Positions 37,632 through 52,634 of a stretch of 64,000 nucleotides of DNA are shown here, in pieces; the first letter of the stretch is position 1, and every line of letters begins with the position of its first letter. The stretch spans positions 38,483,871 through 38,547,870 of the forward strand of contig NC_068981.1 in assembly GCF_001194135.2 (NCBI RefSeq), in the 5' to 3' direction. The position numbers were made by a program, and so were the translations under genes. The DNA comes from Octopus bimaculoides (Eukaryota). The notes beneath the pieces are model-generated. The model worked only from the letters and a program-made list of their open reading frames with translations, did no database searches and had not been told where the DNA came from.

Positions 37632-38530
37632 ATATATTCATCTACCATCAAATATTGAACTAAATTCAAATATTTTAAATGATTGCGAATATTGTTTCTC
37701 TTCATTATGTTGTTTATATTTCACATACATCTTATACCTACAAAAATCGAAAAAATGCTTATAAAGCTAATTATATATATATATTTTGAAGAATGTCTTA
37801 AGAATAATATCATGTTTCTTCTTCCCTATTCACTGAAAAACCAATCACGATTACAGATTTTATCAATTACAGATTTTAGGACATTCTAGTTTTGTAAAAT
37901 AGCAATACTTCTGCTTATGAACAGGAACATTCCAGATGAACATGAAAATACCTTATCATTTAAATATGAAAATAGAACCTTTATATTTTCGCATGAAAAT
38001 ACTAATTTTTATTGAAAATAAATAATCCCTTGATTAATTATTTACTGCTTGATGGCATTTCAGATTTACATTTCTAAATATAATTCTTAGTTATTTTTCT
38101 CTAGAAAAAAAATATAAATGAGAAAAACTAAAAAGGGATAACTAATTTAATCAAAAGTTTTGTATAACTTCTATAGAGCAATTATTAATTAGATTAGATT
38201 AACTTTTCTCCATAGAGATCTTGATGATCTATTCTATTTAGATTCTAAATGCAAACCTTCTTGAATGAACATGCAATTTAATGGTTGTTTTTTATAGAAA
38301 AGATTATTTTCTAAATCACAAAACATTTTCATCCCATTTTTAAAAGCAATAATTTTCATAAATTAATCATTAAAATAATTTTATTGATTTACAAATATTC
38401 TCTTTTCTTTTTGAGTTAAATCTTGTAAGAATATCTCTAAATATTAGTTTCCAACATATTAGGCAACATATGTTGGCTGATGGGGAATATAGATCATATT
38501 GACCCATTGCTACAATGGCACATACTTTAC

Positions 38531-38644
38531 CCTCCCCCAAAATTATGGAAGATTATGCCAACCCTGGCAAATTTGAACTCAAATACAGTAGAAATTCCTT
38601 ATATCCATCATGGATTATCTTTGAGATCAGTTGATTATCGCTAT
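38531..38644 (-). pseudogene. exon-like segment with one in-frame stop
   Basis: aatctttttag acceptor, GG|GTAAAG donor; SDNQLISKIIHDGYKEFLLYLSSNLPGLA*SSIILGE. Confidence 0.35.
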
Positions 38645-40411
38645 CTAAAAAGATTTATCCCAAAGTGACCACAATAAGTGGCTTCCACTGTATTTTCGTG
38701 TATTAGAAAGCATAACATCTCTTAGTTCCATAATGTTAACATTCTCTTACACGATTTCAATCTTGGTAACAGCTGTTGAAATGTTTAAATTTTCATATTT
38801 TATAGCAATGAAGAAACTTCAAGATAAACGAAGAATATTTCTTTTTTGGAATATTGAAACTCAAAGCATACAGAGACTATAAGTAATAGCATGCTATTAT
38901 TTAAAGTTTATATTTTATATGGTTCACATGAAAATATCTAATGGTCAAGTGTTTATTATTCTTTTGAAAAATCAAGAGCACAGCATTCATTCTGAAAAAT
39001 ATGCTGTAAAAGGATAATTTTAACCTAACATTTGAACATCCAACACTTCACTCAAATTATGAATGTCAATTGTTAGTATCCAACCACTCCATGGCAAATG
39101 CTTTGGTACTAATATATGGTGTTCAATACTAATAAAGTTGTTTTAGCAACTAAACAGAAGCTGTTTCACCATGAACATAAAATATAATCTTGTTTGTCCA
39201 CTGCCCAGGAATCTTTTTAAGTACTGTACAACATATTGCTTTCTTCTTACGATAAAAGAAAATATGTCAGCAAATTTGATTTGACACTTGAGCTCTGACT
39301 CATAATGCTTTTAAGTTACCTTAAAGAGAGAAATATCTTTCACATTTCAAAATTGAAACTATGTTCTTATTTGATTTTCATGATAGCATTTTGTTTTCAT
39401 TTTCTTTACTCTTTCATTTCCTTCCAGGTATATTTTATTCTCAAACATTCAACAAATTTGTAATATACTTTCATCAGACACATAATAATCTTTGAAGTTG
39501 CCAGTTGTTTGTGTTGGAAGTAATAACTCTAAGATATTATTATTGATGTTACTTCTTTTTTCTCTCACCACCTCAATTCCATAATGCTTAATACTTCAGT
39601 CCTTTATAGTGTTTGAATATCACACAAGAGTAACATTTCTTTGAAAGTTATAAATAAAAATGTATGATTTTATATACATATATCGTATTTTTGGTAGGAA
39701 ATATGATATCCAGCAACTGAAGGAGAAACATTATTAAAGAAAGGGTGATTTTTTTTATCATCTACATTGTCATGTGTGCATAGCATGTGGTGTAGACCAA
39801 CAATTGCTTTGATGAATACAAAAAGAAAATAATTTCAAAAAGAATAACCTTAATTATTTCATAGATGGTGGTATATATTTACATCCAGTTGACTATTTTC
39901 ACTGGACTTTTATTTTTATCACAAATATACAGATTTTCTTTCACATTCTCATGACATTAAAGAAAAATGTTAGTAGTAGTTGTAGACAAGGGAATTGCAT
40001 GCATCAGCTATATTCTGGATAATAAATACCATTCTTTCAAAGTGATTAAAATTATTAGATGTAGAATACTGATACTTTAATTTATGATGAACTATGAAGC
40101 TAATGCCAAAAGTTAAAGTTTCCTTACACTTGAATATACTATTAATCCAAAAGAGAAAAAAGCCATTAGGCTAATGAATAAATCATTGTAATACCACGTC
40201 ATAAGTTCAAATTTGCTGTAAGTGTTTTATCTTAATTCCATGTGCTATATCTGTTTATGTTAATGTTACTTCGAAAATATATACTAAACTTTGGGTATTT
40301 ATAATAGATCAATATATTAGCCAGAGAGTAATTTACCTCACATGTAGACATTGCAATAACATTTAGATAGTTCAGTTTCACATAAACTGGAAATAGAAAT
40401 AAAATTCTCAC

Positions 40412-40641
40412 TTGAATGACTTTAAATCTGTGACTTTTTCTTCATTTCTATTTTGCCAAAAATATGGAAGTCAGTTTAATTCTGATGACCGGCAGATGAT
40501 ATTTGATTGACATTCTGAATTTCGCATTACTGTTAATGAAGTTAACCATTTTCCTATCCTGTGTATCACATGTAACATTAGCACATATTTTTCTGGTGTC
40601 CATGCATCATATACAATACAGATTACCATTTTTATCAGCCC
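40412..40641 (-). pseudogene. exon-like segment with one in-frame TGA
   Basis: ttatcctag acceptor, CAA|GTGAGA donor; 76 codons GLIKMVICIVYDAW...SSELN*LPYFWQN... Confidence 0.45.
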
Positions 40642-41049
40642 CTAGGATAACTAGATAACATTCCTATTTTTTTCAGCCCCTTGGGAAATAATGAAAGGAA
40701 AGCTTTATATTACTCAGAATATATGAAACAAGGGCTAACTGAAAGTCTGAAAACAATCATGGATGTTTAGGACAAACTTAAAATGCTTTGGGCAAGTAAA
40801 GAGTTAATTGTATTACAAAGCTCCAGTATCTTTCAGCCTTGTTCCTAACATCTTTTTAAGTTCTATCACCATATCATTATACAAAGGTATCACTTCTGAT
40901 TTGTTCCCGTATTATACTGTAGCATTTACAATGTCCTATTATTCTATCAGTGTGATATTCCACTATCATACAGATCTAGTTCAATTCTCTTCTACTAATT
41001 ATATAATACATTGAGACTGTAGTCACTGTCATGCTACCAAAGATTAAAT

Positions 41050-41300
41050 AACTTGAAGAATAATATTCTACCAAATATCAATGACAGAAGGACAATTTCT
41101 TTCTTCACTCTTTTCAAAGTATGCCAGCACACCCCCACTTTAGTACTGTTGCCTTCACAACTGGGAATTATGTAAAGAGAGACAACTTCAACAGGTTGTC
41201 TGGGTAACTAGCTTGTTCAGAAAATCAAAAGCTATTGAAATTGTGGTGAAAGAAGTACAAGAGGTAACAGCATATCTGTAATTTGCAGGATGTTATTTGG
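41050..41300 (-). mobile_element. possible LINE apurinic endonuclease remnant
   Basis: GGVLAYF resembles the GGGVxxY motif of CR1/Jockey endonucleases; surrounding frames broken. Confidence 0.3.
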
Positions 41301-41917
41301 TAACTTCTAGGAATGCAGTTTGTGTCTATGTATCAGCAGTACCAATTCAGATATATGAAAAGGGACCTGATGTGGGTCTTGTTTGAGATATGTGGTAAAC
41401 CATTAGCTAATCACAGCTGACATATTTTCTGGTCCTCAGAAACGGCATCTTAAAATGTAGTTTCAGGAGTTTTATACATGTGGTGGTAGTAGTGGTAGGG
41501 GTCACCATAAGTAATCATTAGGGATTGTGAGGCTAATGTTTGTAGTGACAGAGAAATTTTTTGCATGCTGCAACTTAAAGAATATGAGGAGGCTGTTGAA
41601 ATGAAAGACAGTTATGAGAGAAGTTTTGTTGTATATATGCTGTACAAAACTGGAAGGAAACCAAACAGAATATGTGGAAGATTTCATAGGTGGGATGCTG
41701 TTTACAGAGTCAACTTCGTTGAGGAGTGTTGAATAGAAGATTCTATGCTAGAATGTCATGATAAGGCTTTATAAATGAAAATTGTGTTTAGCCCTCTTGA
41801 AGAGATTTTGCTGTAGTATCAGTATTTACATGATTGCTAATGAAATTGAAAATCTTTATTAAATAACAAATATATGATTATGTGTAAGACAAGCTTCTGT
41901 TCCTTCTAGTCTATTAT

Positions 41918-42245
41918 AGATAACACTTCATTACATTACTGTATTGTTTACAGGTCAAGTAATATCATTATAATTAGCAAGAATTTCAGTTGTTAGTGCC
42001 ACATACATATTTAACAATTAAATACTAGTTCCACCTCAAGATACCATTCACAAATTATAACATTACAAGATATGCTTCATAAATTATATAATACATTCTT
42101 AGATAACACTTCTTTAAATTATTGTATTGTTTACAGGTCAAGTAATACCATTGTAATTAGCAAGAATTTCAGTTGTTCTTGCTGCATACATATTTAGTAG
42201 TTAAATATTAGGTACAGCTCAACATACCTTTCATAAATTATTGCA
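41918..42245. repeat. two-copy tandem duplication, 183-bp period
   Basis: agataacacttc...tgtattgtttacaggtcaagtaat...gcaagaatttcagttgtt begins at 41918 and at 42101. Confidence 0.85.
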
Positions 42246-42879
42246 AACAATCCATGCATGTTTCCTTTTATTCAAATAGTTTTATCCTAATTGTTATTAC
42301 AAAATTGATTTTCAAGCAAAATCATATTTTGAAAATGATACTTTCAAGATACTTGTCTCTTTATATAAACAGGTCTTTATAACTATATTAATTATATATT
42401 TATGTCCAATATTTTTTCACTAATTATGAGGTGTTGAAAGCATTTAAAATAAGCTGAACGTCTTATTGTCAGAACCAATTAAAAATGATACTGAACAAAA
42501 AAAAAAAAAATGGAAATAGATATTGATAGTAAAATGAATCGTATATAATATATAAGTTGCTATACCATTATTTAGGGAAATTGCCAAGAGTTAGGTAGAA
42601 TAAAGATCTAAGACCAATTCTAATCTGATAACAAAATTAATTAAATGAAAACATCACCTCCGAAGAAATAAAAATAAACATTTAGTGCCTCGGGATTAGT
42701 ACATAGATTATCACGTTTAGAAAAATTGTTTTTTAGACATGTTACCAAAATTAAATAAGAACAGTTAGCATCAAACCTTACTATCACCTCTATGAAGAAG
42801 GAAATTCAGCAACTTGTTTTATGGGTAAAATTTTAAAAAAGGGTTAATTACAAATTGATTTAATCACTTTAAAAACATA

Positions 42880-43418
42880 CAATGTGGGCCTCACACAGGT
42901 AATGACAAAAGACCGGGACCTCTGGAGATATGCTGTGATTGAGAAAACCCAGCAAATAAAGTGAGATCACAGCTGTAACCTACACTGCTGTCGCATATCC
43001 AGCCAACTCAAAAGTACTTTGGATCATAGGGCGACATGCCGTGCTTGAGGAGACCTATTGAGTCAAGTACATCAAAACCAAAATCAAATGGAAATTGTAG
43101 TTGTGATCCCTGTGCCAGTGGCACGTAAAAAGCACCATCCAAATGTGGCCGACACCAGCATTGCCATGCCGGTGGCACGTAAAAAGCACCAACCAATTGT
43201 GGTCGTTGCCAGCCCCCTCTGGCCCCTGTGCCGGTGCCACATAAAAAGCACCCACTACACTCTCAGAGTGGTTGGTGTTAGGAAGGACATCCAGCTGTAG
43301 AAACACTGCCAGATCAGACTGGAGCCTGGTGCAGCCTCCGGGCTTTCGTGACCCCATTCGAACCATCTAACCCATGCCAGCATGGAAAACGAACGTTAAA
43401 TGACGATGATGATGATGA
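42880..43418 (+). mobile_element. RTE 3' end fragment
   Basis: Same 3'UTR and (GAT)n tail as 36940-37628. Confidence 0.85.
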
Positions 43419-43548
43419 ATTTTACTATGAAATCAATGGAGATGAAAATGAATAATCAAGATTTCTGTAGTTTTTGGGTTATGGTTAGTAAAAAAAAACT
43501 TACTGACATTAATTTTGATGCCTACAAAAGTAAGTATGTGTAAAACAA

Positions 43549-43589
<41 letters not shown>

Positions 43590-44340
43590 GAGAGAGAGAG
43601 AAAAATAACAAAATAAACCCCATTACCTACCAACCAGCAAGCTATCATGCTAAGCAGGCATTTGCTAAACAAGCATTTGGTGTTAATACAAAAAGATTTT
43701 ATGCTTTATTATTTGTATCTATACATGCCAAAAGCCAATGATTTTAGAAGTGTGATATAAATATATCATAGAGCTAGGATGAGCCAAGAAAAGAGAAATT
43801 GATATTACCGATGCTGCTGTTTGTGCTCCAAGTAGTTACAAATTGATGTTAATATAATATTTGAATATATCAAACCTTTGAAAGCTTTTGATGTTCATAT
43901 TCATATAAAAGGTAATGCTTTATGAGAGCCGACATGCCCATGTGGTTGAGTTACTGTGCTTTGCCGTTACATGGTTTTGGTTTGACCTCACTGAACCACA
44001 TTCTGGGGCAGGTGTATTCTTTTATAACATAAATTTGATCACAAACTTCTCAGTGAAACTGGATAATCAGAAATTGTTCAAAGGCCCATCGGGTAGACTA
44101 TATCAGTTCTTAGTGGTAAATGAATTTGTCAACTAGTTTAATATCACTGTTTATCTCTCAGGTAACTTTAGCAGGATCTACACTATTACAAGCATGTTGA
44201 CCAAGTCTTTTGACAGATGATGACTAACTCACTTCCTGCTATCAATTTTGGCATTACTAATGGTTATGGTGCTACTTTTCCTCCTACGACTAAGACATGT
44301 CATGGTTTAAATTCTCAGTTTAGACCATTCCACATATATA

Positions 44341-45587
44341 CGAGGCTGGGCTGAAAAGTTCATAGGCTGACTATGAATCAGTGATGCTAGAGCTGTGAAA
44401 TCTTGCATGCATTAATTTCAGCATTTCTTATTAATAACTATATTGTTTCTTCCTGGGTAAACTGACATCTGAATGTTGAAAGAACACTTCAAAAGTAACT
44501 TGCAGCAATTTCTCTTGAAAATGGAAAAAATCTGGCATTTTAGTGTTATCAAGTACCTGCAGAAAAAAGATTTAGTCCCTGAGGACATTCAGGGGATGCC
44601 CCCCCCCCCAGCTTTATCAACATTGCAGAAGTAGGCTGTTGAATTTAGGTGGGGAATGGTGAGTCTTGAGCATAACCCAACATCTGGACATCCTGCAATT
44701 GTCACCACTGAGCAAAACATTGATCATGCTTATCACATGGTGATGTATGACAGGCAATTCACGATAAATAAATTGCCAATGCTATTAGCATATCCTGTGA
44801 GAGAGTTCAGAATATTCTGCACAATGAACTTGGCATGATGAAGGTTTCTGCTCAGTGGGTGCCACGTTTTCTGATACTTGATTAAAAGTGCAACAGGCTG
44901 ATCACATCACAGGAAATTCAGACACAGTTTCAGGCAAGTCGCTCTGGTTTCCTTGCGAATTTCCTAACTCAGGATGTGTGTTTGTTGGGTTCATCACTTT
45001 GAGCCAGTGACAAAGAGACAATCGATGTTGTAGAAATACTTGTCCTCACCTGTTTTGTGCAGGGTAGAAGATGGTCTCAGATTTTTGGGGATGCAAAAGG
45101 CATTGTGTCTATTGACTATCTTCAAAAAGGCCACATCATCAATGGAGACTATTATGCCTACTTGCTGGGGCATTTAAGAAAGACTATTAAGATAAAATGC
45201 CCAGCAAAACCGATGAAAGGGGTCTTGTTTCTTCGGAACAATTCTCCATCACACAAGTCTTTAGTTTCAATGGCTGTTGTGTGCGACTGTGGCTTCACAT
45301 TGTTTGACCACGCTCTCTATTCTTCTGATTTGGCACCATCTGACTATCATCTGTTCTCAAACATGGGAAAAAGACTTGGCTTGGAACCAGTATTGTAATG
45401 GTGATGAAGTCATATCTGCCCTCGATGACTTTTCGAACAACAGGATGAAAGCTTCTTCACCAACAGTATCCACACACTGCAACATTGATGGAAGACTGTA
45501 AGAGGACTATGTTGAAAAATAAACCTCATTTGATCACATTCCATGAGAGTATCTTGAACAGTCTATGAACTTTTCCATCAACCCTCT
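44341..45587 (+). mobile_element. full-length mariner transposon, transposase disrupted
   Basis: Imperfect TIRs (cgaggctgggctgaaaagttcatag / ctatgaacttttccatcaaccctct), TA flanks, WVPR and YSSDLAPSDYHLF motifs. Confidence 0.9.
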
Positions 45588-45639
45588 TAACTGTAAAAGC
45601 TTGAAGAAGATTTTCTCTCTTATACAAAATATTTCAAAT

Positions 45640-46138
45640 CATCATCATCCTCATCATTTAATGTCTGTTGTCCATGCTGGCATAGAATGGATGGTTTGAA
45701 CCAGTGCTGGAAAGCTGAGGGGCTGCACAGACTCCAGTCTGATGTGATATTGTTTCTACAACTGGATGCCCTTCCTAATACTAACCACTATGAGTGTGTA
45801 ATGGGTGCTTTTACATGACAGTTGCATGATACCAGTATCTACCATGACTACGATTTCACTTAGCTTGATGTGTCTTCTACTCAAGCACAGCATATTGCTG
45901 AAGGTCTCAGTCATTTGTCATTGTCGGTGAGGCCCAATACTTGAATGGTGCCTTTTACGTTCCACTAGCACAAGTGCTAGCTATACAATACCAGTATTGG
46001 TCACATTGCCTCCATGAGATCCAATGCTCAAAAGGTACTAGTTACACAACACCAGCACAGGTGCTAGTTACATGACACCGGCATTGGCCACATTGCCTCC
46101 ATGAGGCACAACACATGGGCGTCAGTTAAATGACACCA
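45640..46138 (-). mobile_element. RTE 3' end fragment
   Basis: (CAT)n plus atttaatgtctgttgtccatgctggc and repeated 3'UTR units. Confidence 0.8.
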
Positions 46139-46749
46139 GAAAATCATTATATTTATGTACTTAAATCATAATAGCCAGAGTGCTGAACATCATACTCTAT
46201 AGGGGCAATTGCATGCCAGTGAAGAAAATTCAAAAGCATACAGATATGTATCCTATTTTGCAAATTTCAACTAGGATACAGTCATATTATTTTATGTATT
46301 TTTACGTATCAGAAAGATCACTAATGAATAGCTAACATTGTATGCCAATATTGTTTTCTTTTTGCTATAGTGAGGAAAGGAACTTAATGATGAGATGTAT
46401 GAAAGATTGCATGAATTCGTTAATAAATAAAATTAAAAGAGCCCGAATTCAATCTTAATTTATCTATCATTATTATTAATAAATGACAGAACAAAATAAT
46501 TACTGATATGAGAGAAAGCAAGAAAGAGAGAGAGAGAGAGAAAGAGAGAGTGTTTGTGTATGTGTGTACTTGTTGTGAGAGTGTGTGTGTTTGTGTGTGC
46601 ACTGGTCATGGGAGATGAAGAGAAGATATGCTGGTTGTGTGTGCATGAGAGAGTGTATTGGTTGTGTGCATAAGTGTGTTTCTGTGTGAAAAAGGGAGGG
46701 AGAGAATGTGATGGTGAAGATGGAGAGAGAAAGCACTAATGGTGTGTGT

Positions 46750-47179
<430 letters not shown>

Positions 47180-49347
47180 CTTGTTATGTATGAATGTTTG
47201 GAAAATAAGCCAAACTGAGTCTGAATGAAGACAGAATACGCTTGTGGATAAAGGAATTGGGTATTTAATTGCCACAGAAAGTGTAGAATATAAAGTCCAG
47301 CTTCTTGGAAATTGAACACAAAATGTTAAAATTCAAAACATAGTCCTTATGCATTTAATGTGATACTCTACTAATTATGTCACTCTACCGACTTCCAATT
47401 ATATCATAATTAACAACAGATCCCATTGGATGATGATAGATTACATAAAGATTAAAACTGGTGGTGAAATAATTCCAGCTAAGTTATGTTTAATTAACAT
47501 TTCACAACTTGTTCATATTACAAATGCCATGACAGGAAAGTAAGTAAAGTGTATATTGCCAGTGGGAGTCTGTTATGCTATCTTATTAACAAATCAAAGA
47601 ATAATGTCTATCACACTCTATATTTATGTTTATACACACATTACATTTTCCTGTTCTTCATAAGGATCTGGTTAAGAATTCTCAAGTCAATGCAAATCTT
47701 AAAATTATATTAGTGATTATTGAGATGAAGAAATAAATATATAAAAATAAACATTGTTACACTAACTTTCACAGAAAACGCTTATAACATAAAAGATGAC
47801 AGCATTGGAAAGTTTAATAAATTCATTTAACAGAAGTCCCCTCAGTTTGAAATGTTCATTTAAAATAAAACACAATTTTGAATTTTCACTGCACTTAAGG
47901 TAATTTAAAGTTGGTTATTTTTACAATATTTTTGACTGAACCCTTTGAGTATCTAAAACAACGCTTCATAGTAAGTAATTATATTATCACTTCTAAAATA
48001 GTAGAGTTTCAATTTTGTGCTTTAAATCTCATTAGGATTTTAGAGTTGATTAAAAGAAAATTTTACAAGAGGAATTTAGCATTTTGTACAGATATTAACT
48101 ATGACAAGTACACCATCAGAAAAATGTCATATTAATAAAGACAGCTAAGTAGAGAAAACACATGTTGGAAATATTTCCCCAAGGTCTTCAATCAGATATT
48201 GTTCAATACCAATTTTCTCTTTGAAAAAAAGTAAAAAAAAAATATATAAAAAAAACTTTTTTTCTTAAAAGAAAATTAAAATGAGCACTTCTTTCTCTTC
48301 ATCAATGTTCATAGCATGTTCAATTTTGTTAGCTGCAACAACTAATGTCCATTTTTTTAATTGGATAATTAGCATAGATCTACTCTTTCAAAATTAAATT
48401 TGTCACAAAAATATGTATTGATGCAAATGAATGACTTAGCATATATTTGCAAAGTGAGAGAAGCAAAACAAGTCTTTGAAATATCTAACCTATCTCAAGA
48501 CTACAAAATTAATCTGCAATATTGATTTCTTATATTTGTACTAGGCCTTACATGTGAGGAGAAAGAAAAAGTCAATTATATGAGACTCAGTATTTGACTG
48601 GTACTTTATTTTATCAATGTAGGAAGGAGGAAAGACATTTCCTCAAACATTATAAAACATTTTCTAATCAAGCTTCCTACAGAAATAATGCTATTAGATA
48701 TACCATTATTTAGATAAATTAAGTAGTGAGTTATGCTTTTTCCTATTATTATTTTATATTTCACCATGCAAAACATTTCCTCATTTAACAAAATAAATAT
48801 TCTCCAAGCCATCATTTCTAAGTTTCATCCAGATGTCTCCTAGTTTATGGTTTCTTTCATATCAACACATTGATTAGACACTAATCTTTAAAATTTCAAA
48901 GAGAAATTTAACTGCACCAATGTCAGTCAATTATAACTTCTACTTCTGAAAGATGTAAAAGTAACATACTTCAAGCAAAAAATATTGTGTAAATATCTTC
49001 AAACATCTCGACAGTCATGAATTCAGCATAAATTTACACCGTGACCAATAGAGTAGAAGTTGCACAACACAATTGCTGTAGTAGTAGTAGTAGTAGTAGT
49101 AGTTCTGTGAACAATATATCCAGGCTTTCACTGGTCCAGCATTTAAATCTTAAAGCCATCATGCTTCCCCTACAAGTACATAAAGCATGAAAATCCCATC
49201 AATGAAAAATCACGTATACGTATCCTTCATTATAATGTATAATCATTACAGCTAACAATTGTTGTAACAACTAAAATATACAAAATATTTTTTCCTCTTT
49301 GAAATATTGTAACTAAAATAGATTCCTAAACCAAGATAGTGAATTAC

Positions 49348-49399
49348 CTGAATCACTAGAGCAGTGCACAAAATGCTTTGTGACATTTGTTCCAAATCT
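49348..49399 (-). pseudogene. candidate 52-nt exon
   Basis: gaattcag acceptor, CAG|GTAATT donor, two open frames. Confidence 0.3.
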
Positions 49400-49449
49400 C
49401 TGAATTCGAATTGACAATACCTTGGTAGATAAAGCAATTAAGAGTATGG

Positions 49450-50393
49450 AGACAGGGAAAGCCCCTCCGGCCCATCAGGAATCACTGCCGAGATGCTTAA
49501 AATATCTGGCAGTGTTCGCTATAGTCTAGTCACCTGTAGAGTCAATCAGGTGATACATGAAGGAGTCATACCCAATGACTGGTGTAGCAGAACAATAGTC
49601 AACTGCTACAAAGGTAAAGGTGATGCATTAGATACAAATAATTACAGAAGTATCAAGTTGTCCATTACCAGTTGCAGAGGTGGATGCTCTGAGAGTGTAA
49701 CTGCTAGAATAAGAATAGCCTGAGCAAAGTTCCTACCTCTGCTGGTGACAAAGGGCCTCTCGCTCAGAGTAAAAGATAGACTGTATGATGCATGTCTGCA
49801 AACATGGCAGTGAAATATGGGGTGTGACTGCTGATGACATGCATAAGCTTACAAGAAATGAAGCTAGTATGCTCTGCTGGATGTGTAATGTCAGTGTGCA
49901 TACGCAACAGAGTGCAAGTGCCCCGAGAGAAAAGTTGGACTTAAGAAGCATCAGATGTACTCTTCAATCATTGGGTAATAAACTGCGCTTGAGAAGACCT
50001 GTTGAGATAAGTGAAAAAGCACCATTCGAGCATATCAATGCCAGTGCCACCTGACTGGTTCCCATGCCTCTGGCATGTAAAAATCACCATTCACACACTG
50101 CTGATGCCAGCAATGCCTGACTAGCTCCTGTGCCAGTGGCACATAAAAAATATCATTCGAGAGTAGCCAATGCCAGTACCACCTGACTGGTCCTCATGCC
50201 GGTGGCACATAAAAATGCACCCATTACACTCTTGGAGTAGTTGATGTTAGGAAGGCCATCCAGCTGTAGAAACTTTGCCAGATCAGATTGGAGCCTGGTG
50301 CAGCCTTCTGACTTGCCAGCCTACAGTCAAACCATCCAACCCATGCCAGCATGGAAAGCAGACGTTAAACGACGATGGTGATTATGATGATGA
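49450..50393 (+). mobile_element. internally deleted RTE LINE
   Basis: GVIPNDWCSRTIVNCYKGKGDALDTNNYR fused to the C-terminal RT region and 3' tail. Confidence 0.85.
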
Positions 50394-50521
50394 AACCAAG
50401 GAACTGACCCTTATGAATTGGTGTGACTCAGGAGGGTAACTTATCTGTATTTTTACTTTAACTGAGCAGTAAAAGAAAAAGATATAAAGAGAAATATCTT
50501 TAAATAGGTTAAAAAATCAGA

Positions 50522-50700
50522 CAGCAAGCTGGCAGAATCATTAGCATTTTGGACATAATGCTTAGTCTCATGTCTTCTGGGTCTTTGTGTTCTGAGTTCA
50601 AATCCTGTCAACATCAACTTTTCTTTTCATTCTTTTGGGGTTCATAAAAAGTACTAGGGTTGGTGTGGTTGACTTATCCTCTCTCTCAAAAAGCACTGAT
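50522..50700 (+). mobile_element. SINE family A
   Basis: gcaagctggcagaatcattagc...gttctgagttcaaatcc. Confidence 0.75.
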
Positions 50701-52634
50701 CTTGAACCCTGTAACACACCAGCAACCTATTCAGAAGGTACGTTGTAATCTCAACCACTTGTACACTGTGGAAACAGGGTAATTGGTCCTATGAATCATA
50801 GGGTTTAAGAAAAATAAAAGGAAGAGAGAAGGTTAGGGTCCAATTACAATTGATTCAAATAAAGGGAAAGAAATTTATCAAGGAGAAATAATTCTTCACT
50901 GATAGAATGAATATACTGCTACAAAAGAATAGTAATTTCACTCAAATACTGTGGAATATGTTGAAATATTTCTATTCATGTTGTGTATGTTGTCAGAAAT
51001 GTTGTGTATGACTTTTTACTTGAGCTTGTTAGAATTACAAGGAATAGAAATTGGAAGGTGTGACACCTATAGTTAATTGAAAACTATCAGCAACATAAAG
51101 CACAGCTATCCTGGAATCAAAACCAGTTCATGGATTTGGTAAGATGTTCTCTAGTTTACACACACACATACACACACACACATGTGTACACATACACACA
51201 TATACATGTACATAAAGACATACACACACACACACTCACACATACACATAAAGACATACCCAAACCACTTGCAGCATATCAAGCCAACAATAAAGCCTGT
51301 GCATGATTGCTAGACTTGCTAGAGATAGCAGTTAAATATCCTTTATGTCACTTCCTGCAATCTTGAAAAGGAAGAGAAGCATTATACGGTATAATCATAG
51401 ATAAACAAAACTTCAGAATGATTATAGCTGGAGGGGCCTTGTTAGAGCTAATTTGGAACTAACAACAACATCAACAACAAGCAGTATATGGCTTTATTAA
51501 ATCTCAGTAATCAAGTGTTTTCAAGAGAGATGAGTTAATTATGCAAAACACTCAATCAACAGATTTCAAGTAAGGAGAAAAAAAGTATAGCTATTTTTCA
51601 CAGAGATAGGGCTTAAATATGGTTTCCAAGTTTCAAATAGATAGTGGGAAGTAAAGTGAGAGAAAAGAGGAGAGAGAAGAATGGGAGAGAGGGAGAGAGA
51701 TTGAGAGGAGAAGAGACAAAGAGAGAGAGAGAAAGGTGGGGAACATAAAATGAATAAATTTGTAAGCATCAACACTAATTCTAGACACATTGCTTTGTTG
51801 TCATTAGGCTTTGCTATCATTAGTTGCTTGAAGTTGTGTTGCATATGTATGATTAGGTAAAAAGTTTTATCTTAAGTTTACTGAAACTTATTTAGTCTAG
51901 ATTTAAAAGAAAATTAATTAACAAGCTTTAATATTTCTATATTAAAATCTAGTATATCTTGTTCATAAATATTTAATCTAATTTTTCATGCTGGTTTGGA
52001 TTAAATAGGTGCTTCTTAATTTGTATATAATAGTTTTGCTTTTAAATTCAAAATTTCTAGGAAAATGTTTAACCAACAGTTCCCATACCAATATTTGATT
52101 TGAAATAAAATAATTATTTTGTCTTTATATAAAATTATTCCAAACACCAAGATAAAAACCTGAACATCATGAACGTTCATGTATACAGATATTTAATAAA
52201 ACTTCTTTCAACATACTTTCCATGCCTAGAGCAAAAAATGGTTAAATTTCTATTAAAACATCTAGTATGACTCAGTGACACTACAGCCAACTGCCTGAAA
52301 AGATTAACAGAGAGTATTGAAAAACAGAAAAGATATCTATCAAATAAATAGTGATATCAACTAACTAACCATAACTATTTTTAAATTTGCAGAAACATTC
52401 ACTTCATATTTGATTTGATTTAAAAAGACTGGTATAAGTTTTTAGTTAACTGTTTAATATGTATTTTTTCCAAATTCATTCAAACAAGCAGGTATTGAAT
52501 AAGCAATAATTCTGAATCTCTCAGTCATAGATGTGATGGTCTCTAAAAGCATCTTCACAACTGACTGATTCTAGAAGTAAATTCCATAATTTAAAACATT
52601 TCTTGTAGTTGGAGGATATATGAAAATGACTCAC

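Noticed and set aside
41511-41730. Protein-like plus-strand frame (VIIRDCEANV...)
   Set aside because: Probably the antisense shadow of a LINE remnant, as seen at 61 kb; no splice or start support
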